This document shows, in pieces, positions 28,324 through 35,671 of a stretch of 64,000 nucleotides of DNA (positions are counted from its first letter, which is position 1; the number at the start of each line of letters is the position of its first letter). The position numbers and the translations under genes were made by a program. This stretch comes from Bacteroidales bacterium. Lineage in GTDB: Bacteria; Bacteroidota; Bacteroidia; Bacteroidales; VadinHA17. The stretch lies in NCBI GenBank assembly GCA_050013475.1, contig JBEKFE010000002.1, positions 221,910 to 285,909 on the forward strand. The letters are read 5' to 3'. The notes below the pieces were generated by a model. That model had not been told where the DNA came from, did not search any database, and was given only the letters and a program-made list of their open reading frames with translations.

Positions 28324-29034
28324 TTAACAAACTGAAACTGATCCTCTATCGGAAATTATTCTCAATTTTTCCTTATCAAGTATCTCGATCCTGGAATATC
28401 CCGCTTTAATGACCCCTGTCCCTTCCAGTTCTTTTAAAATTCTGACAACACTCTCTTTTGCCATATTTGTCATCTCTCCAAGCTCCTGACGAGAAAGGAT
28501 CATATCAAATTCGTCCGACTTGAATATTGTATCGGATAACAGCAGTAATGCCTCCGCGATCCTTCCAGTCATTTTTTTCTGTGTAAGCGATACAAGTTTA
28601 TTATGGACATTATATGATTTCAGGCTTATATCTTCCATCATACCCATGGCAAATGCAGGATTTTGCTTTATGAGCTGGTTTATCAGGTCGAAGCTGATGA
28701 AACATGTCTGTACGACTGTAAGTGCGGCTACCGAATAGGAGTGCCGGTGCATTACATGAACGCCCGGTCCGAGAATTAGATTTGTAGGCAGGGCAAGACC
28801 CAGTATGAAATTTTTTGAATCAAGTCCTTCAATGTAAATCTTGGCTATTCCCGATGCAAGAAATACAGCACTCGTGGCGGGAGAACCCTGTTTTAATATT
28901 ATTTCCCCGGGTTTGAAGGTAGCCTCATACCTGTTTTCATTCATGAGTTTTAATTCCTCTTTTGTGAGGTTGCTAAAATTCTTCCAGGCGAACAGACAGG
29001 TTTCACAACTATGTGTAAGTTTCTGACCAACCAT
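28324..29034 (-). CDS. Crp/Fnr-family transcriptional regulator (N-terminal CxxC)
   Basis: 236 aa with a cNMP-binding-like beta-roll and a C-terminal HTH (SRQELGEMTNMAKESVVRILKELE). Cysteines are at 10, 13, about 111, and the C-terminus. Only 39 nt separate it from ccsBA downstream. Confidence 0.85.
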   Translation of the reverse strand: MVGQKLTHSCETCLFAWKNFSNLTKEELKLMNENRYEATFKPGEIILKQGSPATSAVFLASGIAKIYIEGLDSKNFILGLALPTNLILGPGVHVMHRHSYSVAALTVVQTCFISFDLINQLIKQNPAFAMGMMEDISLKSYNVHNKLVSLTQKKMTGRIAEALLLLSDTIFKSDEFDMILSRQELGEMTNMAKESVVRILKELEGTGVIKAGYSRIEILDKEKLRIISDRGSVSVC

Positions 29035-29088
29035 CTCTTTGGATAAAAGGTGACAAAAATAAATTTCAAATGTAAAAATAATTAAAAT

Positions 29089-29102
29089 GTGACTAATATC
29101 AT
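29089..29102. promoter_or_regulatory. Candidate Crp/Fnr-type box GTGAC-N4-ATCAT
   Basis: Palindrome-like site in the divergent crp/fnr-hexahaem promoter region, centred about 62 nt upstream of the regulator's ATG. Confidence 0.35.
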
Positions 29103-29110
29103 TTATTTAA

Positions 29111-29124
29111 TTGATATATATCAT
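29111..29124. promoter_or_regulatory. Candidate FNR-type box TTGAT-N4-ATCAT
   Basis: Matches the TTGAT-N4-ATCAA consensus at 9/10 positions. It is centred about 84 nt from the regulator's ATG and about 123 nt from the hexahaem gene's ATG. Confidence 0.5.
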
Positions 29125-29240
29125 CGTCAGGATGCATATCAATCAATTTACGATATTGTATATATCACAGAATGTGTTATCTGATTAACAGAAGTTATTT
29201 GTACTTTGCAACCGGAAAATAATACCTAAAAATCATAAAA

Positions 29241-30557
29241 ATGAAGAACCTGATCAAACTATTTTCTGCTGCAATTGCTGGTTGTTTTTTTCTGGCATCA
29301 TGCGAAGGTCCTATGGGTCCGGCAGGCCAGAATGGTGTAGATGCCAATCAAACCTGCAAGGAGTGCCACAACAGTACAGTTGTTGAAGAAAAGGCTACGG
29401 AATATGAATTCGCCAAACACAGTTACGGTACAGCAGCATTTAATGAATCCGGCAATACATCTTGCGCTCCATGCCATACCTCTGAAGGATTTCAATATGT
29501 TTGTAATAATAATGTCCCGGTAACTTTCACACTCAATACCACTACCGGAAAATATTCTAATGATTATGCAACTGATGCAGGTCACGCGTATGGAGAACTG
29601 GTTTGTGCTACATGCCACCAGAATCTTCACACAACTTACACGGAGGCTGATTTTTTTCCTCTTACAACCACTGCAGCAGTACCAATGACCATGTGGGCAG
29701 GAACCAAAACAATCAATCTTACCCAGGACGACAGCAAATCAAACCTTTGTATTAAATGCCATCAGCCAAGGCCCTTTAGCGCTTCAAACACCGATGGCAA
29801 TGTTATAGATTACGCTTCCCTTGCCTCAAACCCTACAGCCGTATTCTACGATTCAACTGCTGCCAATATGGCCAACAACAAGATAAAAGTTACATACAGA
29901 ACCCATACCCACTACGGAACAGTTGGAGCAATTGTAGCAGGAATGGGCGGAGTAGAATTTTCAGGTTCGCTTCCTATTCAGAGCTCAGCTCATGCTACCG
30001 TCGCTTCCTGCCAGGATTGCCACATGGCAGATATGACAGGCAAAGCAGGTGGGCACACTTTCTCAGCAATTGGTAATTTCAATGGTTGCAATGTAACAGG
30101 ATGTCACGCTGTTTCCCCGATCTCAGCAACCTCATCAGATGCGTGGCTCACGCCGAGGAGTGCAACTAAAACTCTGCTGAATACACTGGCAGGCAAGCTT
30201 AAGCAGGGAGGTATCGATATTTTAAACAGGAACGGGGATGCAACTTCTAACCTGTGGTACGGTCTTACTACCAACAACTATGACGGTTATCTTAATGTTT
30301 ATGATCCGGTTAACAACCCTACAGGCACTACATATAATACCTCATCGTTCAAAAATCCAAGTACAACTGGATTTACCGCTGCCCAGATTGCAACAAATAA
30401 CACCCTTCCTAAACTGAACCTGAAGAATGTACAGTTTGGCGCACTCATTAACTTCCAGCTATGCCTCAGGGAATATAGTCTGGGAATACATAACTTCAAC
30501 TATTCAACCGCTCTGCTTCAAAATTCACTTGATGCACTGACAGCTGCCGGATTCTAG
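29241..30557 (+). CDS. Multihaem c-type cytochrome lipoprotein (5 CxxCH + 1 Cx4CH)
   Basis: 438 aa with a lipobox at FLASC (Cys21). Haem motifs are CKECH(39), CAPCH(75), CATCH(122), CIKCH(170), CQDCH(257) and CNVTGCH(283-289). The C-terminal ~140 aa are Asn/Thr-rich and haem-free. Confidence 0.85.
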   Translation: MKNLIKLFSAAIAGCFFLASCEGPMGPAGQNGVDANQTCKECHNSTVVEEKATEYEFAKHSYGTAAFNESGNTSCAPCHTSEGFQYVCNNNVPVTFTLNTTTGKYSNDYATDAGHAYGELVCATCHQNLHTTYTEADFFPLTTTAAVPMTMWAGTKTINLTQDDSKSNLCIKCHQPRPFSASNTDGNVIDYASLASNPTAVFYDSTAANMANNKIKVTYRTHTHYGTVGAIVAGMGGVEFSGSLPIQSSAHATVASCQDCHMADMTGKAGGHTFSAIGNFNGCNVTGCHAVSPISATSSDAWLTPRSATKTLLNTLAGKLKQGGIDILNRNGDATSNLWYGLTTNNYDGYLNVYDPVNNPTGTTYNTSSFKNPSTTGFTAAQIATNNTLPKLNLKNVQFGALINFQLCLREYSLGIHNFNYSTALLQNSLDALTAAGF

Positions 30558-30581
30558 ACTCAACAGATTAATCATAACTGA

Positions 30582-30616
30582 AGAGGGTGTCTCAAAAGGG
30601 CACCCTCTTTTATTTT
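30582..30616. terminator. Terminator between convergent hexahaem gene and cytochrome b gene
   Basis: agagggtg-(10-nt loop)-caccctct forms an 8-bp stem, followed by TTTATTTT. Confidence 0.7.
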
Positions 30617-30662
30617 AAGGATTATGTTCGTACTTTTTCCGGTTCGCCGGCCCACACCTGGT

Positions 30663-31280
30663 TCACTCCTGCTCAGACTCATGGTAACCTGTGATCATCC
30701 CTATGAAGAGTGACCAGGGCTTCCTGCCAAGTGTGCAGGTATAAACATGAATGATCATAAAGAGAGACAGGATGAAACCCATCGAAATATGAAGGATATC
30801 TGTCAGAACCTGTCCACTTATGCCAAAAATCTTTGTCACTGTAATCTCCGGAAAAAGTAATCCGATTCCTGAGATAATCAGAAGGGGCATTCCAGCATAC
30901 ATTGCCAGGATATAAGAAAATTTCTGAAGGGGATTGAATTTCCTTTCAAGTGTAATGGGGAATGGATGTTTCTCTCCTTTGAACATACCCCATGCGTAGT
31001 ACTTCGTCTGAGTTATCAGATCCCTGAAAAAATTCTTTCTTTCGATCCTGTAATAATCTCCATTGGCAGTAAATGCGTTTCCCAATATATAAAAAACATA
31101 ATTGGCAGTAAGAAGGACAGCAGCAAAATTATGCCATTTTACCGCCTTTGCAAATCCAACCATATAGGCTGGATTGCTCTTGCCGGTATATTGCATGCTT
31201 AATCCTGTCACGATAAGAACAAGAAAAAGAAGAGCATTTAGTACATGCCATAGTCTGACCCACTTAGGATATAGATACAT
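30663..31280 (-). CDS. Dihaem b-type cytochrome, FdnI/HydC/PhsC (PF01292-like) membrane subunit
   Basis: 205 aa with four TM helices. His12 is in TM1, His50 in TM2, and His164/His178 in TM4. This is the 1+1+2 bis-His pattern of the family. Confidence 0.75.
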   Translation of the reverse strand: MYLYPKWVRLWHVLNALLFLVLIVTGLSMQYTGKSNPAYMVGFAKAVKWHNFAAVLLTANYVFYILGNAFTANGDYYRIERKNFFRDLITQTKYYAWGMFKGEKHPFPITLERKFNPLQKFSYILAMYAGMPLLIISGIGLLFPEITVTKIFGISGQVLTDILHISMGFILSLFMIIHVYTCTLGRKPWSLFIGMITGYHESEQE

Positions 31281-31293
31281 CCTTACCTCCCAT

Positions 31294-32292
31294 TTATTTT
31301 TTTGATTTCCGGATCCTAAAAATAATATGAATAATTATAAAAGTTATTACAGCGAAGAAAATTATGAGACTAAGTACATTAAGATATTGGTTCCTGTTCG
31401 CTCCGATGACATAAGACTCATTAAGAATAATGGCATTTACAAAACCATTGCGGTGCCTGAGTTCTATTGACCTGAATTTATAGAGTGATGACATAAGAAG
31501 AGAGTTTTGTGAATGACATTCATTGCATTTCTTCACGGCTATATCCTTGGATCTGATCTCATGAGAGACAAGAATACTGTCATTGACCTTGGCATGACAT
31601 TCGATACACCTGACGCTCCTGAAGTGGGCGGCCTGATTCGGAAGCCAGTCGTGTTCCTTTACGATATTGATCTCTTCCCTTTCGGTCAGGATCCTGAAGT
31701 TATCAAAGTTCGCATGGCAGTTCAGGCAGATCGAATTTGAAAAGAGAATAGTGGCTTTCAGATCACTCGAGTTACGGATACTGGTCTTGTAAGTATGAGG
31801 ATTATGGCATTTCCAGCATGAAAAACCGTCCTGCTCATGCTTGAAATGGACACTTCCTGTATATTCCTTTACAATTTCCTCAAAATGGTACTTGGCAAAT
31901 CTCTCGTCGCCGCCATGGCAGTCAATACAGCTTAATTTAGGTTCCATCCTCAGCTCTCCGGAGTGCGGGAACTTCAGGTAACCTTCCGAATGGCAGTCGG
32001 TGCAGCTGAAGCCTTTATGGTTCGACAGGTAAAAAAGATCCCTTCTGACGATCCTCTGTGAACACATGAGTGCTTTAACCTGCCTGCCCTGAGATTCGTT
32101 GGGATATTCATATTTTTCCTGCCCATGACATTTAAGGCAGCGCTCATTGTCTTCCTGATAAGGAGAAATGAATTTTGAAGTATCCTGTACTGTCGCAGCG
32201 GGTATGATGGATCTGAACGGAGCGGCATATCCCTCAGCAATACAACAAAACATCACAATTAAAGCCGCGACCCGGAATCTTTTCAACTTCAT
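31294..32292 (-). CDS. Heptahaem c-type cytochrome with C-terminal membrane anchor
   Basis: 332 aa with a signal peptide and seven CxxCH sites (CLKCH, CTDCH, CIDCH, CWKCH, CLNCH, CIECH, CNECH). The C-terminal TM helix is LSLIIFFAVITFIIIHIIF followed by RIRKSKK. Confidence 0.85.
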   Translation of the reverse strand: MKLKRFRVAALIVMFCCIAEGYAAPFRSIIPAATVQDTSKFISPYQEDNERCLKCHGQEKYEYPNESQGRQVKALMCSQRIVRRDLFYLSNHKGFSCTDCHSEGYLKFPHSGELRMEPKLSCIDCHGGDERFAKYHFEEIVKEYTGSVHFKHEQDGFSCWKCHNPHTYKTSIRNSSDLKATILFSNSICLNCHANFDNFRILTEREEINIVKEHDWLPNQAAHFRSVRCIECHAKVNDSILVSHEIRSKDIAVKKCNECHSQNSLLMSSLYKFRSIELRHRNGFVNAIILNESYVIGANRNQYLNVLSLIIFFAVITFIIIHIIFRIRKSKK

Positions 32293-32312
32293 CCCAGTTC
32301 CAGATTATCCCT

Positions 32313-33176
32313 TTAGAACCGCACTGTTATATTAAAACCGAACAGGTATTGCCATTTGGCAAAATCGTTCGTATTGTAAACCAGGTTTCTCTGATTTATT
32401 ATCTGGTCATAGTTTGCTACAAATACCCTGAAAGTGTGGGTAGGCGTATCAATCTCCCACCCGATCGAAAGATTTGGTTTGGTGGATTCTATCTTAGGCT
32501 GTTTTGTAAGAAGCTGGTCGTACTCGACAACTATTGAGTGGTTGCCGAAAAGTTTTGCCTTGCCGCCAACGGATAAGCCAAAATTGAGGTTCTTATAGGT
32601 TGAATCAGCACTGTACTGAGGCACGGAATTGAAATAGGCTATTGAAGGAGCTACCTGCACCGAAAACCTCTCATTGATTTTGCGGGCAACTATAAACTGT
32701 GTGAAATAGTAAAACCTGTGGATGAACCTGTACGATTCTGTAGGGCCAAATGCATTATCAGGCCTTGCATCCAGAACCACATTGCCATAATAGGAAAGGG
32801 AAACAGGCATTTTATCATCCTCTGTCTGTCTCAGTATAAGGTATTTCCACTCAACATCCTGTAATTGATAGTTTTTGGTTGTTCCAAGTCCGACCATAAG
32901 TCTGTCTGTAATGCCATAATTAAAACCGATCCTTGTATTTGCCGAAGCATAAATCCCATAAAGGTCCTTTACTGTGCTGATAAGCCCGAAGCGATGCTGG
33001 ATTTCAAGTTCAAGCTTCCCTTTCCCGGGGGTCGAGACTGTCTGGTTATCTATCAGGATAGCGGCCATGAAGGTATTGGTCACCGGGTCTGAACTCTTCT
33101 GGTTGATGGTATCATTCTGGGCAAATACGGGTGCCAGAAATGCTGAAAGCATTAATACAAGTAAAACCTTTTTCAT
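32313..33176 (-). CDS. Outer-membrane beta-barrel protein (unknown family)
   Basis: 287 aa with signal peptide MKKVLLVLMLSAFLAPVFAQ. It shows alternating amphipathic strands and a C-terminal aromatic signature ...FGFNITVRF. Confidence 0.7.
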   Translation of the reverse strand: MKKVLLVLMLSAFLAPVFAQNDTINQKSSDPVTNTFMAAILIDNQTVSTPGKGKLELEIQHRFGLISTVKDLYGIYASANTRIGFNYGITDRLMVGLGTTKNYQLQDVEWKYLILRQTEDDKMPVSLSYYGNVVLDARPDNAFGPTESYRFIHRFYYFTQFIVARKINERFSVQVAPSIAYFNSVPQYSADSTYKNLNFGLSVGGKAKLFGNHSIVVEYDQLLTKQPKIESTKPNLSIGWEIDTPTHTFRVFVANYDQIINQRNLVYNTNDFAKWQYLFGFNITVRF

Positions 33177-33205
33177 ATTGTCAATTTTAATTTGTTTATG
33201 GTTGA

Positions 33206-33586
33206 TTAGTTATTAAGGGCTCCCTGTTCAATCCAGACAAGTATCTGCTGTTTCTGGAGATCTGTTGTTCTGGGAATATGTTGAGAGTTTGTAGTTATAT
33301 GGGTGTAAAGGATGCTTGTTTCAGCCGGAAGATTCACAAACCCACCCGTTGTGAGTGAATTATATGATTTACCGTCTCTCAGATCGGGACTCTGTCCCCC
33401 ATTGTGGCAATTAATGCATATCCCGTTAAAGATAGGTTGTATCTGAGCCTCAAAATGTACAGTATCAGCAATATTCAGCACCGGAGGCGTGTAAGTATAT
33501 TTCTCACATGAAGAGATGGCTCCCAGTACTGCGAGCGCAATCATTATGCTCAGCAAAACTCTTGCTTTTTTTATTTTCTGATTCAT
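33206..33586 (-). CDS. Monohaem c-type cytochrome lipoprotein (PSCyt1-like motif)
   Basis: 126 aa with a lipobox at AISSC and a single CINCH within IQPIFNGICINCHNGGQSPDLRDG. Confidence 0.7.
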   Translation of the reverse strand: MNQKIKKARVLLSIMIALAVLGAISSCEKYTYTPPVLNIADTVHFEAQIQPIFNGICINCHNGGQSPDLRDGKSYNSLTTGGFVNLPAETSILYTHITTNSQHIPRTTDLQKQQILVWIEQGALNN

Positions 33587-33695
33587 TTTTCAGTAATTGT
33601 TAATTTGTTCACAAATATATCTGATATTACTGATTAGTAATTTATTACTTGTCCTTAATTTTGATGCCGCTCCATGCTCTTTATCATAACGGAAA

Positions 33696-33709
33696 TTGAC
33701 ATTTATCAT
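33696..33709. promoter_or_regulatory. Candidate FNR-type box TTGAC-N4-ATCAT upstream of the cytochrome operon
   Basis: Matches TTGAT-N4-ATCAA at 8/10 positions. It lies about 115 nt upstream of the ATG at 33586. A TATATTTG (TAnnTTTG-type -7 box) lies on the minus strand at 33612-33619. Confidence 0.4.
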
Positions 33710-33865
33710 CACTGTTGTTGATATATGTTGTACCAGATGAATAATGTCCTCTGCGAGTAATTTAATCGACTTATCAATAAGCCATTGTGTTATCAGAGGT
33801 CTGATTATATTCAAAAAAAACGGCCCTGAAAATCCAGAGCCGGCATATGTCAGAAGAATAATTTT

Positions 33866-35644
33866 TCAGAATTTGTACTGATTATCTTCAATCAGTTTAT
33901 CGGCGATGCGTCTTCTTGCCTCCTTGAAATTTACCCCGGCAACATTTGTAAGAGTATCTGCGGCTGTCACAAGTTGTCTGGCATCATTTCCCAGTGCAAA
34001 TGAATTGACAGCATCTGTCGCTGATTTTCGTATCCTTGAGGCAGCTTCATAAAAACTGACATCGAGAATGTCATGATAGACAGGTACAGCTCCTTTCAGA
34101 GCTTCTCTCTTTTCGATCCTGAGAAGAAGAGATTCTGAAAGATAGACATCTATCATCATGTCGGCAATATTATTTAGCACCTCCTGTTCATTCACAAGAT
34201 TCTTTTCAAATTTTTTCACCGCACCATGGATACATAAAAGTATTACTTTTTTGAAGTTCCTTATGTAGCGCATTTTTTCAGAGAAATAGCTCTCATTCTG
34301 CGATTTGCCATCGGTGACACTACCTGCGGAGTTATAAATTGACTCAGCCTCGGGTAATAGTGAGAATTCACCTTTCATGGCCCTCTTCATGGCCGTATCC
34401 ACAACAAGTATCCTGTTTATTTCATTTGTCCCTTCAAAGATCCTGTTGATCCTTGAATCACGGTAACCTCTTTCTACGGCCATCTCGGCAGAGTACCCCA
34501 TCCCGCCGTGTATCTGCACCGCCTCATCTGCAATATAATCCAGCATTTCTGACCCTGCCACCTTAAGAATAGCAGCCTCAACTGCATAATGGCTTATTGC
34601 CTCGATTGATGCCCTTCCCTTATCGCCGCAATCGACCTTTAACGTGTCCATCAGGTCATCAATATCCATGCTCACGCGATAAACAGCTGACTCAGCGGCA
34701 AATTGTCTGATTACCTGTTCGGCCAGCTTGTATTTTATAGCTCCGAAAGATGATATAAGAACTCCGAACTGCTTGCGCTCATTTGCATACTTTACCGAAT
34801 CCGTGATCGTCTTTTTCGCAGCGCCAAGTACGTTGGCTCCAAGCTTGAGCCTTCCCATATGAAGTATGGTGAGGGCAATCCGGAATCCCTCGCCCCTTTT
34901 TCCCAGCAGGTTCTCAACTGGCACCTTCACATCGTTGAAATAGATCTGGGCTGTGGAGGAACCCTTAATACCCATTTTATGCTCGTCAGGACCAATAACA
35001 ACTCCCGGATATTTCGTTTCGACTATAAAAGCACTCAGGACCCTGTCGTTGTCGATCTTTGCAAACACGACAAGTGTATCGGCAAATCCGGCATTGGTGA
35101 TCCACATCTTCTGCCCGTTCAGAATATAATGTTTCCCGTCTTCATCAAGCTTTGCATTTGTCTTGCCGGAATTGGCATCACTTCCAGCACCCGGTTCTGT
35201 AAGACAGTAAGCTCCCAGAAGTTCTCCCGTCGCAAGCTTTGTAACATACCTTTGCCTCTGGTCCTCATTTCCATAATACATTATCGGCAATGTTCCTATT
35301 CCGCAATGCGCCATGTATGCCACTGAAAAGGAATACCCGGCACCGGTTGTTTCTGCAACCAGCATCTGGGTTACAAATGACTGCCCGAAGCCACCATATT
35401 CTTCAGGGATGGAGATTCCCATCAGGCCCAGCTCGCCGGATTTCTTCAGGATGCTTTTCATCAGCTCCCTGTCGCTCTTCTCAACCTTCTCAAGATTAGG
35501 ATATACCTCAGTATCAAGGAAATCCCGACAGGTTTGGGCAATCATCTGCTGCTCCTCAGTAAACTCTTCCGGGATAAATACGTCCTTAGCTTCAACTTCG
35601 CTTACGAGAAATTCACCGCTTCTCAAAACTTTTCTGTTTTCCAT
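33866..35644 (-). CDS. Acyl-CoA dehydrogenase (long, ~590-aa type)
   Basis: 592 aa with the three ACAD domains (e.g. YCLTEPGAGSD, the GMGY region) plus a C-terminal extension. It is the last gene of the etfBA cluster. Confidence 0.88.
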   Translation of the reverse strand: MENRKVLRSGEFLVSEVEAKDVFIPEEFTEEQQMIAQTCRDFLDTEVYPNLEKVEKSDRELMKSILKKSGELGLMGISIPEEYGGFGQSFVTQMLVAETTGAGYSFSVAYMAHCGIGTLPIMYYGNEDQRQRYVTKLATGELLGAYCLTEPGAGSDANSGKTNAKLDEDGKHYILNGQKMWITNAGFADTLVVFAKIDNDRVLSAFIVETKYPGVVIGPDEHKMGIKGSSTAQIYFNDVKVPVENLLGKRGEGFRIALTILHMGRLKLGANVLGAAKKTITDSVKYANERKQFGVLISSFGAIKYKLAEQVIRQFAAESAVYRVSMDIDDLMDTLKVDCGDKGRASIEAISHYAVEAAILKVAGSEMLDYIADEAVQIHGGMGYSAEMAVERGYRDSRINRIFEGTNEINRILVVDTAMKRAMKGEFSLLPEAESIYNSAGSVTDGKSQNESYFSEKMRYIRNFKKVILLCIHGAVKKFEKNLVNEQEVLNNIADMMIDVYLSESLLLRIEKREALKGAVPVYHDILDVSFYEAASRIRKSATDAVNSFALGNDARQLVTAADTLTNVAGVNFKEARRRIADKLIEDNQYKF

Positions 35645-35671
35645 TTACTATTGATTATTTTTGAGTTCTAT

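Noticed and set aside
29156-29169. TTGTAtataTCACA as a third Crp/Fnr box in the divergent promoter
   Set aside because: The half-sites match neither TTGAT-N4-ATCAA nor TGTGA-N6-TCACA spacing well. It sits in very AT-rich sequence where such partial palindromes are common.
30558-30662. Possible small gene or sRNA between the hexahaem gene and the cytochrome b gene
   Set aside because: The region contains only a terminator hairpin between convergent genes. There is no ORF with a plausible start.
33590-33814. 74-aa minus-strand ORF just upstream of the cytochrome operon
   Set aside because: It is AT-rich with no recognisable features. It covers the region holding the FNR-like box and the -7 promoter box, so it is more likely a promoter region than a gene.
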